Of a stretch of 64,000 nt of DNA, positions 1-14,250 are shown in pieces. Origin of the DNA: Tubulanus polymorphus (Eukaryota > Animalia > Nemertea); the NCBI RefSeq assembly GCF_964204645.1, contig NC_134025.1, positions 11,284,001 to 11,348,000 on the forward strand, in the 5' to 3' direction. A program made the position numbers and the translations under genes. Positions within the stretch are counted from its first letter, which is position 1. Every line of letters starts with the position of its first letter. The notes below the pieces were generated by a model. That model was not told the DNA's origin, did not search any database, and was given only the letters and a program-made list of their open reading frames with translations.

Positions 1-3000
1 CAAAGGCAGTCTTCATTACATTTCTGTTATCGTATACATCAACTAGAATTTCGGGGCCGTGCTTCACGTCATCGCTTTTGAAAACAAGGCACAAAAGATG
101 TCCACTTGTTCGAATCTGAAATCACTGCTTCAATTCAAGATTTCAACGTCTTACATTTTGTACAAGTCATGTGTGTTATTTGCTGCTTTATTTTTGGCCT
201 CGGTCTCGCTAAGGTCAGCGGTGGCCTCGCGTTAACTCAGCGTCATTCGGGTCACTTCTGAATCGAAGATGGCAAACATCTCATTAATTCGTTTATTGAA
301 TTCCGATATCAACCCCAGGTATCATGCGGTTTAATTGACCCGCTTCGGTCACAAACGGTAAATCGAAACGGCTCGTCGTCCGGAAATTGTGCAATCAAAA
401 TGTTTTAATTCGTTACAATTACGACGTGACATAATGTTTTAGCATTGTCAACGAAGGAACCACCGAAAGTCCCATCACGTATAAGGTCGAATGAAAAGAC
501 GTTCACTACTATGCCAGCACTTTGTTCTCGTGCATAAAGGATTTACAGACCCCCCTAACGAGGGTTCCTAAAATATAACCGATTTTGAAACCAAATATGA
601 TGCAATTAACACGTTTTCGGGTACACGAATTCATTGGAAACGTGACAATTAATGGGTGTAATCCGTCCGAAAATATCTTTCGATATCTAAATAATGATGT
701 CTTTTTAATAAGACGCCGATGAAAAGGCTCTTTTGCTTGTCGACTTTTCACAGAGTCTGGCTTCACATCCTTTCTCCATTCGAACAACAGGGGTGTCATT
801 ATCCCCCGCTTCGCATTGCTACTCGACTACGAGCGTGAAATTATTTGACAGATTTCGCCTCGCGGCTATTAGTTCGACAAATAGACCGATATGTTACTCG
901 CGTCCTAGTCAAAATCGGAAATTTGTCTTTTCAACGCAGCTAAACAAGCAGCAACATACTAAACTGCGGCCGGCGCGGATCGGCAAACGTGACCGGTGCA
1001 AGAATGCTGGCTATAACAATACATCGCAGTTTATATAGGCCCAGAATCTGATTGCGTCCGCGAAGAACAAACACATCTTTTCGTTTAATAGAAATTCGAC
1101 TGAAGAATAGTTTCGAGTTTCCAAATGGTCGGGGAGGAGCAAATGGAATGGTGGAAATTTGCACTAAAAGCACAATGTCTTATTCATGGCAAATTGGCCG
1201 GTGCGTATTATGGAAGGAACGGTCGTTGTAAACATTACAATATTTGCCAAAGAGCAGTAAAGTTCCTATTTCCCCGCCTTTTATACAGAACGGTGATATA
1301 TTCCCCGTGACCCGGTCTTCGCCGTGAATGCGACGCCATGATTAGGAGCAATTTTCACATCGCAATCAAACGCTAGGCAAGGCGCTTTCCAACTGGTAAA
1401 TCCTTTTAGGTCAGCGTCCAGCTGCGACTCCTTGCGTCGGCGGTGGGATCATGACGCAGCGATGTGTCAGCGGGATAAATACCGTAAGCTTCGGGGGTTC
1501 ACTTGCGATTCGGAATTGAGAGTGGCAGATATTGCAAATGTTGCCGTAATTTGACCTCCTACATTTATATGATGCTCAATTTTCCAGCGCGTATGATCTA
1601 ATCATAACAGCACGCGATATTATCGGATATTATGGAATCGTAATCGAAATCCCGCCTTGTTCGTTGGTGTCCCGAAATATATACCGAATATGAGATTCTT
1701 ATCCGCCGTGTTCTTGTGGTATCGGTTGTTTTGTTTACATTAGTGGGATACCACTGCGGGATACGTGTTTTTGCAATGAATCCAGTTTCGAATCCAAATT
1801 TGTATTAAAATAAAACCGTCTATATATAACTTATTCTGCAGAAATATGTACATTGAATGATGTTTTTTCCAATATCATTTCATTATATTCTTTCAATATT
1901 GTAGTAGTCATTATAAGGAATTATCTATTAAAGAATCATACATGGTTGTTGTTCAATTGAGCTCTACGAGCTAGCGAATGATTCGATTGTTTTTAGATAT
2001 GTTGTTTGATTTAATTTGATATGTTGTTTGTGTTCGAACTTAACTAGGAATCGATGATTCACTGAATAACTGAATCGTTGAATTTTAGGATAATCATCAG
2101 ATTTTATTCCAATTTCACCCATTTTGTAATATCATGGTAAAATATGGACCATGGACTCTCTTCTTTAATACGTGTGTGTGTGATACGTGTCATTAACATT
2201 TTAGTATCAACTTCATAATGTTTCTTCCGTTTTAAAGCTATTTTCAAACCTTTTCAGAGACTGGGTAAGAAACTCAAACTTATTGTATGTATACACGCCG
2301 CTAATACGGACCGTTTAAAAGAGGCGTAAACGAGATGCGTCATCTGGTCATAAGACACCTGATATTCGGTAGAGTTTTAATCCCTACACGAAATGCGCTG
2401 CAAATGAAATGATTTTAATAGCTGAACCGCAATCCTATTAGTTGGAAGATGATCAGCTAAGAGTAAAGCCATTTAACGGCGCCTTCGGGCACTCGAGATC
2501 GTCGTAACATCCAGCGATATAGACAACCCTTCACACTCGTGTCTCATCTTTAAGAAGATGTTTCTTCATTCAATCGAAGATATTTTAATTTTCGCTTCCT
2601 TTTTGTCGCCTTCACGTCGGATGTTGGTAAACACATGAACTCTAAAACGTTCTGTTTTATACACCATGGTCAACTATAGCCAATACGTACATACAAAATA
2701 CATTTGTAAACTCTTTCCTTCGATTTCCCTCTATGCACCATTGGTTTAAGGTTAAATTTGTTCATCACGGTAGAGACAATTAATTACTGTCAATAAAACA
2801 ATAATAAAAAGAAGAAAATATTAAATATTAAAAATTTACAGGTAAATGTTGGTTTAGATTATTCAATTGGTAGTCTAACTATATAATGGTTTGATGAAAA
2901 GGGAAATAGATTGCTGATCAATTTTGGGATTGGTTGTCCGCTATTAGGATATTCTTGATGAAAACTCATGCTTGTTTTCCAGCAATAAGCTCAACGAACT

Positions 3001-3937
3001 GTATCTATATCTCCGTGTCATGGCGCTGTGTGCGGCTACATGACATACACTGACTAGGTCTAGAGAGAAAAAATCAAGAATCCGTATTCATGCGTTGACC
3101 ACCTCGGGTCACCGTTGACCGTAGCGAATTTGCATATAATATTGGTGTCAATATTGGGTGCAATGAGCTGTCAGACGAAAGACATTATCGTGACGAGTCC
3201 TCTATTCGCCGCGTAATGACATTATCGCCGAGTATTTTTCGTTACCCGTCACTTCCCTAGAACGGCTAAAACACTGCTGCAACATCCGCCATTGTCCTGC
3301 CCTAAAAGTCTTCGGAGCATGTCTACCCTTCTCTCGTGGCGATAAAACTAAAGCAGATGGCGCATTAAGTCAGCAAGGCACACGTGACTCTAAGGTATCA
3401 ATTCGCATAATGATTATATTATAAAATTAAAGGCACGACAAGGATCGAATTTCAAAATTGAAACAGATTCGTCGATGATGCGTGGGTTCGCGCACTGTTC
3501 TATTCTGTCGCTCACTTCCTCTCTAGCAGACAATTCGATCGTAGATTAACGTATCGATTACGCTGGTCGCAGACGTTTTTCTGAAAACTACGCGCTTCGC
3601 ATAAAAACAGCCGTTCCAGGAACAACCATCACAAGAGATTTACAACATGTACAACCGTCGATGATGATGTTAGTTGTTTTATCGCCGTAAAAAACCGTTA
3701 AAATATGTCCATAAATTGCCACTATGCGTCATTCAAGAAGATGTGTGTGAGTGGATGGGCTGTACGTAATCAATATTGGGACGTTTCCAAATGACGGTTA
3801 CATTGGCGTTTATTTTGTATTCGAATAGATTTTATGATTCGCATTTTCTATATACAAATGTATATATAATGAATTTTCATGTATTTTGATAACGAGTTTT
3901 AATGACAATTAAGTAGGGCATTCATCCACGATATAGT

Positions 3938-3964
3938 TCAATTCAATTCAATTCAATTCAATTC
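3938..3964. repeat. (TTCAA)n pentanucleotide microsatellite
   Basis: About 5 direct units. Confidence 0.8.
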
Positions 3965-5962
3965 GATTGTCGGTTTATATTTGCCATCAAGACATGGATC
4001 AGCGAGATCTGAATGTAAACACGCACCGCGGTACTTCCTCAAGACGTCAGTAAACTTTTAAGTTGATTTTCCTGTCTCGAAGATTTACCAGATCGTATCG
4101 TCGTAACTTTACATATCGCATTATGCGTTGAGCGGCGTATACATTTCTTGACATATTTTTAAGTAGGCAGGGAGGGTTAAAGCATTTTATGATCAGGCTA
4201 TTCTATGAATGTTCTTCGCCGTCGGGTAAGTCTCATCTACTCCATCCAATTATCTTTGCCTCGCAGCCGAATGGCTACAGGGAGGAACGTTTAATATAAC
4301 GCGCTTAGCACAGGGGGTAATCGTCAGTGTCCAAATCGCATTATGACAGAAACGAGATCACTTTACAGCAAAATAACCTCCAGGATAAAGGAAAATGGAG
4401 CGATCCTAAGCAATAATAGTTGGCTCCGAAACGAATCTTGCCGGTAACCATCTTATATTAGCTGGCGAACGAGAGAACAAAAATTGATAGGTTGCAGCGA
4501 TCCGATGCGATCGGGAAAGTGTTTATAATGATATTAGGTATAGTGGAGATATGAGAAGTTCGGTGAAATGGTACGACACCGAATGGCGCGTCTTTATGGA
4601 ACGCCATCCGAGCGAAAGATCTTTACCGTACATGTATTTTAGCAACGTATAACAGTCGTAAGACGATAATGTTAAATCGTGTAACCCAAGTGCGTTTTTC
4701 GACAGCTAGTTTCAAATTCATTGGTTACAAAATTTAAAACTAGCTGTGAGAAAAAAGGCATATTGGTTACAGAATTCAAAACTAACCACTTACTTAAGAT
4801 TGCGAGGTGGCTGTATGATTGTAAATAGATTGTTGAAATACGAGATTTTTCTACTAGGATGCCATTCGACAAGCATCTGACAAATTCTAAACTAGAATTA
4901 ATTGAAAAACCGCTATGCGTTTCAGTGACGATAACGACAAGTACTTCGACTTACACAGAAAATTATGCTAATTCGACCGCCGATCACACAATTATATCTG
5001 TACTTCGATTTCATATTTCAAGATCATATCCTCTATTTCGATCCTAGCACGTGTGGTGGGTTTTTAAGGGACAGCAAATCAAAACAAATCAAAACAAAGC
5101 AAATCAAACCAAATCTAACAATTAATATGAAAAATAGCAGGGATAATCCCTATTCTAAAAATGATAACGACGTCTTTAAATGTACGCGGATATTTGCACA
5201 TTTGTTTTACTCATCTCAATCAGGACACAGAAGCAGTCATAGGGAATATTTTCGAATATCATTATCGAATATCGAAAAATGAGGCATGCTGAAATCACAA
5301 AAATGCACTAATCTAATGGGCTCTATATTTTGCTGTTGGTCGGACAAAGTATTTTCTCATTCGAAAATGGGAAAATATTTTATTAAGTCACTAGAATAAA
5401 TTTTCTTTTCTGCATATACACTACAAAACAAAAGTTTGGATAGCTGAGAGATTTCAGCTTCGTTTGTCGACGAATAATGAGGATTGATAGCGAATTATTC
5501 CATTTCACGAGTTCCTATTTTACGCCTGACATCTATCGGACTACTGTCATACTAAAATGCGCGGCAAGTACAAACTAGAGCTAACTTTGTACTGTTGTTT
5601 ATCCGGATAAACCTCAAACAAGATAGAAATCCAGAATTTTTGGGTAAAGCAGGAGAATGTGGTTATAATGCCAAAAAATACACCGTACATAAAAATGCCA
5701 GAGGTAGAAATGCCGTAAGTCTGGACATGGGATTCTTATATACACTAAACGAGATTTACTTACTGAATACACAGTTTAGATATACACTGTAGTACATCTT
5801 TTTCGATTAAAATCCATTTGAAATTTCATTTAAGGAGATAATTAAAAAAGTAAATGCGCAGTCATATCACCATAGATAGTGATCGCCTAGTTATCCTTGA
5901 TGGTGGATGTCGTGTCCGAATCCAGTTAAAAAGTCAGCAATTTCTGCCTAACTTTACATTTA

Positions 5963-6155
5963 CAGTCAAAGTCCTGTATAATGCCACTATTGGGACCAAT
6001 GGAAAACATGGCGTTATAACGAATGGCGTTTTAACGAATGGTATTTTCATTGAATTTTAGTAAGTTTGGGCAGATTTGTTCTCTGAAAAATGTTGACGTT
6101 AAACGAGCAATGGCATCATTTACGAGAATGTTAGCATTTTAACGGACATTGACTG
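5963..6155. mobile_element. Tc1/mariner-type MITE (TA TSD)
   Basis: TA-CAGTCAAAGTCC ... GGACATTGACTG-TA. Confidence 0.65.
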
Positions 6156-9062
6156 TATATCTATTTGTATCATGTATGTATCTATTAATTTTCAGCATTT
6201 TCGTCTGGCATTCTTACCTCTTGCATTATACTTAGGGAATATTTTTACGTCTGGCACTTTTACCTATGGCGTTATTACATCTGGTATCTTTACCGCGTGC
6301 CATAAGCAGGAACATAAGGTCTTGTATCCTAACTAATTTGGTACATGACCAGGCATATGCTAATAAGGCAAGTTAAACTTAAGACGTAAGTACATTATGA
6401 AGGTGTTAACTCAACGGTGTAGACTGAAAATGCAATATGACTATACAATATAGTATTCAGGTATGGTGCAGCTATCTTTTCATGTGAGATGGTACCAGGG
6501 CTATTCCGATGAGTGCACGAATAATGCAATCGAAGTATACCGAGAAGCCGAGGGGAAATCACGCTGAGTTCGTCTCCATTAGGTCTACCGGTATTGTCAA
6601 ACCTATGACAGCCGACAGTCATTCGAACAATGCCTGCGCCCCATATCAATGTCTAACAAAACTAACAACCCTTGCAACGCCCGAAGCTGATAGGCCGTCG
6701 TCATTGTGGTTTAATTAATCGTTAACCTAGTCAAGAACGGATCCGAAGTTTTACATATATACTTATACATACAAACGCCGGATTTTCATATCCAACTATA
6801 AAGAAAATATTGAGCTTCATCTAGTGCATGTGAAATAGAAACGTAGGTTAACCCAATCCTAATTGAATTTCATTCATGCTGAAACGCCAAATAACATTTG
6901 ATAACGCTTCAAAATAAAAAATTAATCCACGTGAATCAAAATTTCTCATATTTGCGACTCCATGGAAATATAGTTAGAACATATAGGAGGCGCCATCGAA
7001 CGGTGGTGCATTATAAGGCGGCCATTCGCTAAAAGGCCCGATAATAAGTATAATGGAATATCCGAGCGTAGTTAATTACCAAGTACCGGAGCTTTTAGTG
7101 TCGACTTGGTTTCCTTATACTTGACATTTATGTATCATTGCCTTCTGGCTTCAATTGCAAGCAAACAACCCGTATTCTAATACATTACGAGTGGAATGCA
7201 TCTTCTAATTAATCGCATTTAATTCAATTATGAACACGTTGCCTGAACTCAATCAAGGGTGTTACCGGGCATTCTCATTACAACTAGTATCGCGACGCTT
7301 ACGCTTGATGGCGCATCAACCTTGTAATTATAAAGGGAATGTTGTCTCACAGTACATGATACAAATCCTGCAATTAGATTTATAGGGTCTGTGATAATTG
7401 CAAGGAGCACCAATTAACAACTGATTGGATCCGGCGTGTAATTACGCAGATAGAGAAAGCGGAAAGAGGCATAAAGCGAAAGTCACCTATCACGTCTCAT
7501 TTTTCTTTGCAAACTTTCGACAGCTGATCAATGCAAAGCCAGAATCATCCGTAAAAAACGTACCTGAAACAGGTTTATTTCTAATCATAAACAATTAATG
7601 AACTTAATCTTGGACTTAACTAGGTTATTTTCCATCATTTTCGTGTCAAATACATTTAGATACATTATAGCCATCATTTTCGTACCAAATACATTAATAT
7701 ACATGGACCATTTCGTATTCATATTACGGTTACCAGTCGCTATTTTGCTAGACCGTAGCGTCACTGATTTTATGGGCAGATCATTTTAATTTTAATGTGG
7801 ACCTTTTGAAACGGCGCTCGAAGATAAACAAGTTGTACTATGACGACAGATATGTTCGTAGTTCAAAGCTACCTAATGTTCAATGCCGCCCAACATACCT
7901 ATGTAGGCCTGTTGCACCGGGAGTAGATAGGAAAAGCCCAATCTATTCCATTTCTTAAAATTCATTTTTCAAATGCGAAACTTTTTCGCATTTTGGATGG
8001 TTCGTCTTAACTCCCTTAACGCCCTTAACCCTCCTAACCCCCCCCCCCGCTACGGGCCTGCGGTTTCAGCCTTCTTTTCAAAGATTTCCAAAACTTTTGG
8101 AAACCTAATTCAGTGAGAGGAAAGGGTGATACTATAGCGATTTCAGTCATTAACATAACACTTTAAAGCAAATGATTCGAATTGAAATACGTAGCAAAAT
8201 ATTTTTATCTATATCCTGGGTATAGATGTTTCAGATATTGAAATACCACAGAATACCTTTTCAGCAAGAGCTGAAAATGAACAACTTTGATGTTTGATGG
8301 ATAACTTTGCACACCAGATGGACGATTTCAAAGACTTTGTAAAAAGAATTGAAATGAAGACATCTTATGTATCAAAATTTGCATATTTTCGACGTCAGAA
8401 AACCCTTCGTTGGGTTCGAATCCAGTAATTACGCTATAATGAAAATAATTGTTTCTATCCAGGGTATTGCGGTGTGTTGTTCAGCGCCTATCATATCGCT
8501 GATTCCGAAAAACTCTAGTTTTCGCGCATTTCGGCATCGGATAACGTAATAACGCATTCCGATCATTAGCAACAAACGCCGTGAGGAGACTCGATGAATG
8601 TTGAGATCAAGTGCGCTGACTATCCATTGTTTGACTGGATTAAAATTCAACCGCAATTTGTTTCTCTGAACTAGTAATTTGATTTATGGGCGGCTTTTTA
8701 TTTTCCTTTCCTTCTCGCCTTCCTACCTCCGTGACTCGTAGTATCAGCTTCCTCGTAGCTGCCGGCTACGAAAAACAATATTTCTGGCGTTCTTGCTTTT
8801 AAGATCTGTCCACTGACATAATAATCTCAATGCTCAATCATAAGAAAAACAAGTCCTCAATGCGCTCAATAAATTTGGCTAACCTAAAAGTTAAGATACA
8901 AAAAGAATTTGTACCCGAATATTTTTCGAACATGATACAAGAACTGGGTGAATTTTGGTGCCCATCAGTCATCATTGGGTCAGTAAGAATATATTGCACA
9001 TGTACATTATACGGACTGTTTAAAACAACCGCCAGACCTTTCTTCCTTTTCCATAAACACCT

Positions 9063-9158
9063 GGGCCCGGTTTTATAGACTTTTACTCTATTTAACCTGG
9101 AGGTTTACTTGACTGAAACCCCGGGTTAAAGTTAATACCAGTCTATTAAACTGACCCC
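9063..9158. mobile_element. Short MITE
   Basis: GGGCCCGGTTTTATAGACT ... AGTCTATTAAACTGACCC imperfect TIR. Confidence 0.45.
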
Positions 9159-10929
9159 TGAACAACCCCATCCCGAATCAGCCATGACGCGTGTTTTTAC
9201 GCTCCGCAGTAACCACACATAACACGGAATTTTAGATTCAGCCACTCGATATTCAACGTTGTAAAAAAAAAAGAACTGAATCGGGTTTTTCTTGACTACA
9301 AATTTTCTTTCGATGTCACGATGGAAAGCATTTGCGTAATACAGTATAATCAAGAGAAGCCTCGAGATACTCCGAGGCGGTTTCCGGTAATGGCGAATCT
9401 TGTCGCGTTCACGAAACGACGTATCGCAAACATCGACAAAACTTGAAAGTATCTCCGTAATCAGAAGCCGAAATCGATGATTATTAGGTTTGAGCCAATT
9501 TCATATTCGGATACGTGACCGGGAATTAAGAGACGGAACAAGCCTACTGGTAAAACTATCCGAGAAATCTATACTCATTCATCGGTTTTTCTTTTAGCCG
9601 TCGAATCCATAATCTATACGCGTACATGAGTAGCCGAGGATGAGTTATGACTTAATCCATCCGCAACTTGGTCGTTCGATGACATTTTCTGTTCGTAAGG
9701 CGACTCTTTTAATGAGATATGAGACCGGAATGGATGTCATCGAAACCGGTTCGTGCTAATGTTTTTATGGTAGGGAAGATTTTCTTTTTCGTAATGTAGC
9801 ACCATTCGGAAATATAAGATATTCATCTATACTAAAAGTTCCAAAAATTCTGGAAAACGGATCTTTTGCAAATAGAATTTCAAAAAGAAAAAAAAAATCA
9901 AAAGTGCTCCGCTAATGGCCACATTCTTCAATTTTCTGTGAAAGGGCCACAAAAACCCAACCAATGCTTTGCTTGCAGTCCTCGCACTGCCAAAACAGCC
10001 CTTATCAAATTAAGTACCCTTTTTAATTTGCAGGTCCTTGCTCTTCAAAGATAAACCTTTCCTTGTACAAAAATCATTGTAGCCAAATCTATTTCTATCG
10101 ACTGTTTATGGTAACAATGTTACGCTGAAAATTGTGCAGGCTCACTCCAGCTTCATGATTAATGCTTAAACCCCGAACGCAGGTACGAGTTTAATTTTCT
10201 TTTCAAACACCACCTTGTTTTTTCCATCCGATCGAAAAGTGTTACGTACATATCTGTTGTCGTATCGCCGTCTCGACAAACCACGAATAAACTATCGCTT
10301 TGTTCTTTGCCAATAGCTAACGGCGTTAATTAGGATGGAAGGGGTTTTCACAGCCAATTGCATTACCATCAAGTATGGTGAATTTAACAGTACTGATGAA
10401 CTAGAGCTGCCATTCGCAGAAGACCGCCGTTAGCCACCGAGAGCGCACGACTGATGAATTCTGTTTTTCTCTAACTATGTTGATTGCAGTCCGACTTAAT
10501 ACGGTATAGTTTTTGATCTCGTTAACTTTGTTTGCCAAATCAAAGGTTGATTTCAAAATGAAATTAGCTAAGTTTTCGCAGAGTATTGACACTAATAGGG
10601 CTTATTTTATTCATCCATTCGAGCATGTGAATCAACGCGTACCGAATCGCGTAGGCAGATGGGTCGAAATTAACGACTTCAAAAGGCCTTGTAATGAGAA
10701 AAATATAGTGATCATCTTGGATAGCTTGCCTGCTGAAAAAGTAATTTTTTAATCTTTCAGTGAAATACGTTATGTTGTGTTTTCCTGTTTTCATTGTGAA
10801 ATGAATCAGTTTTTTTGCAATCTCCTAGTATACGTACAAGAACTGATAGAATGAAGTGACAAAAACCAAACTGAGACCGCCAGAAATTTGATTAGAGATT
10901 CGACCCCACCACGCGTACTGGGAAGAAAA

Positions 10930-11215
10930 ACCTGGCCAAATTGTCCCGGATTGGACCAGAGTCAAATTTGGCCCGTGCCTAATCAAAGAGCGCGTTCACA
11001 TGTAAATCACTCACTCGATACGCAATAAAATGCTTAAAACAAAACGAAGTGAGACATTTTTCCGGAAGCAGTTGCAATTCAAACGCTAATTTGACCCGTG
11101 CTGAAATTTGGCTTGGGCCTGGTCCGACGTTTTTGGTCATTTGACACCCGTGTGAACGGTAGTCCCGCGCCTAATTTGGAACGGGCCAGATAAAGTGCGA
11201 TCGCGACTTTCATCT
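10930..11215. mobile_element. Degenerate copy of the Harbinger-like MITE family
   Basis: Internal motifs GAGCGCGTTCACA, CAGTTGCAAT and GGCCTGGTCCGACGTTTTT are shared with the copies at 23866 and 44672. Confidence 0.6.
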
Positions 11216-12823
11216 AGCCTGAACTAACAAGTAGTGGCGGGTACGGGGACTCCAATCAGAATCTCGTTGCCGGTGGTTCGCTCGTATTACAGACGTCGGT
11301 GTAAATTTCATTGCCTCTTATACTGGCAATGGAAGGTTTAAACAAGACTGGGTTCTTTAATCAACCGCTTTCGTCGTCCGTATACGAACGGTCGTATTTA
11401 TCGTTGCACCAAACCTCGTCAAGTCTCTCTCGTCAACGCGGTAATAGGCACTTGAGTCGATGATTCGTTGATCAGACGGCCAAGAGATGAATAAGCTATA
11501 ATGTAAAATTGGATGGTGAAACGTCGAGCGGTTATATTCGCACAATAATATTGACTAAAGGTCTGCTTACTGTGTGAAATCTACCAAATTGTATTATTGT
11601 TCGCCATCGGCCAACAGCACAAGAAGTAGCTTCTTTCAATTGAATTTGCGTCGTAAATGACTGCAACTACAATCGTGAGCATTGACTCATATTCGCACTC
11701 ATCATTGTAAAAACCGAGGAGCTCTGACACGATTTCCAAGAGGTCTCGTCGTCGCTTCGAGTTAAAATGTTGAATTGGCGTGGCTGATTCGACCTAAAAC
11801 TAAAGATTCTTGATATACATACATTTAATGTTTCGCATGGACGCTAGAACACCAAAGACGCCCGTGTTATGGCACGAATCAGTTACCATATAGTTAGCAC
11901 TAGATTTCAGATGGTTAAAATTTGATAGAACTTGCATTTGGCGATTACACGTATATCTACCCGGGGTAAGCAGACAGTAAAGAGCCAAGAAATTGAAGAC
12001 AGGTAACAAAATGCATAACATACTTCACAAAAAAAACAGCTATGTGTACTTCATACATCTACCTAACACCTAGATGAATGGAAAGCCATCACGAAGGCTA
12101 TATCGTGCTGACAGGCAGTCAAAGGGACAGCGGACAGTACACACTGTCTTAGATTTCCCCGACTGGCTAACATATGACACCGTCCAATGCATCCAATGGT
12201 CGATAAATGGCAACCGGATGAATTGCAACGAAGCACTCATAAAACATGATATGAGACCGAGGGTTTTAGGGTAGGATTTTTTACCAATAAGCGAACGCAC
12301 GATATTTCTCGAGTAATGATTTATTGGAATATATTTTGTTGCGTTACTCAGAATAGAATAGAAATTTATTTTCACTAAGATGTTACATTATTATACATTA
12401 TTACAAAAACACTTCAGGTGTCATCCCTACGTCGGAAGAACACACAAGTATCAATATAAACGAATTCGATAAAAGTCAAGCTATGCATGACATAGAGCTC
12501 CGAGAGAAACGACTGTACGACATCTCCTTTGCAGCGCCATTTTTGGATCTTAAGAGGAATTGTCCCCGTTATTTATTTGGCTGGTATATTTCGTTTGATT
12601 TTTCGATTGAGTGTCCCTTACAGACCCACCACACCTGCCGGAAGCGAAACAGGGGGTTTGATTTTAAAATCGGACATCAAAGTACAGATAAAGTTGTGTG
12701 ATCGGCGGTCGAGTTAACAGAATTTTTTTGTTTAAACCGAAGTACATTATTGGAAATTCGGTTCCGGTTCATTCAAACAATCTTCCATTCAGTCTGAACC
12801 GGCAGCGCCATTTAACGACTTAA

Positions 12824-13731
12824 AGGGGAACTGCAGTCAAAAAATTATAATTGGGCATTCATTTCTACTCTCGTTGTTGTTTAGCACAATGCTAGTTGAA
12901 ATTTCCAATTCTTCCTAATTAACTTGTATACAACGATTTTAATACTGTTATCAGCAGAATTTACGGCAGATGAGAGCCGCCATATTTAAATTCCAAAGTG
13001 AGGCAGGTAAACATTGATGACGTAACCCGGCCCATCATACACTCCAGTGTGTACACAAATAGATACACTCATCGAAGATCTCAGTTGAAAATTGTGATTA
13101 AAATACTCCTGCTGGGCTGCCAGTGGGGTCTTTACTTTTATTTATGCACTCACTATGTGAAACATATCCAAATAATTGCTGATGTGGCATTATGCTGCAG
13201 TTTAGAACTGTTATTTTTAAAGAAAAAGCATGTTCACATCTGTTCACACATGAGGTGTAATCATGTCAAATAATATTGGAAATTGTAAATTTTTTGTGCA
13301 CACTAGGAAGCTAAGACTGATGGCGGTCAAAAACCTGGGTTCCGTCTACAGACGGACGGACGGACGACGGCTCGACGATATGAATGCAATAGCCCGATGG
13401 GACCTAAGTCCCAATCGAGGTAAACAATCCGATAATGTTATGTTCATTAAGGAACAATAGAGTTTATTGTATTGTATTGTATTGTTATTGGACTTTAAAT
13501 GATGAAAACACTATGAATAGCAGCAGTAACACGTATTGAAGTGGGCCGAACTACGTCACAGCCGAGAGAAAAGTGTCTGCTACGTGGAGAAAATGGCGGC
13601 GGCAAGGCACTCTACAAAACCCTCTTTTTGGATGAAGTATTAGATGAAATGTTTTTCTGCTGTTTTGAAAATGTATTTATAAAGGTTTCTAACACATATA
13701 GATACAAAAATCTTTTCACTGCAGTTCCCCT
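12824..13731. mobile_element. Non-autonomous DNA transposon with TTAA TSD (Kolobok-like), containing secondary insertions
   Basis: TTAA-AGGGGAACTGCAGT ... ACTGCAGTTCCCCT-TTAA: perfect 14-bp TIRs with RR..YY ends. Confidence 0.75.
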
Positions 13732-13895
13732 TTAACACGGAAAACAAATATCAGGTTCCAGCAATTCCCCTGAATCCAGTCCAGTAGCTAACAGTACTTC
13801 TGACATCGTACTTTTCGGGCCGCCATCGGTCTTAGCTTCCTAGTGTGCACAAAAGTTTTACAATTTCCAATATTACTTGACATTATTACACCTCA
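13251..13895. repeat. ~77-bp inverted repeat pair (13251-13327 and 13819-13895)
   Basis: TGAGGTGTAAT..ATGTCAA.TAATATTGGAAATTGTAAA..TTTTGTGCACACTAGGAAGCTAAGAC.GATGGCGG occurs in both orientations. Confidence 0.85.
13328..13425 (-). mobile_element. 5' terminal fragment of a HINE family B relative
   Basis: Closely matches 25120-25212 (GTCTACAGACGGACGGACGACGGCTCGACGATATGAATGCAATAGCCCGATGGGACC...). Confidence 0.65.
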
Positions 13896-14009
13896 GGTGT
13901 CAGCCCTACGTCAGAAGAACACACATTAATCATTATAAACGAATATAATAGGAGAATATAGCTGCAAAGCAGCGATAACGGTTTTTCTGCACAGTCTTAG
14001 AATCCTGTT

Positions 14010-14250
14010 CAACGGTGGATTTCGACAAAGCATTTGATAAGGCACAACATCAGCCATTACTAAACAGGCTATTAGGAAACAGTATCAATGATAGGTCGCC
14101 CAAATGGCTCAGCAGTTATCTCTGAACGAAAACTTGTAGCCGAAATCAACGGAACGCCTCATCTTGGAATAAGTCGGTCAAACTAGTGGAGTCACGCAAG
14201 GTAGTATCCTAAGTTGTCTTCTGTTTAATGTCCTGACAAATGACATACAC
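14010..14250 (+). pseudogene. Degenerate non-LTR (CR1/L2-like) reverse transcriptase fragment inside A1
   Basis: Frameshifted translation VDFDKAFDKAQHQPLLNRL...KWLSSYL...TSGVTQGSILSCLLFNVLTNDI carries the RT motifs DFxKAFD and GVxQGSxLxxxLFN. Confidence 0.8.
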
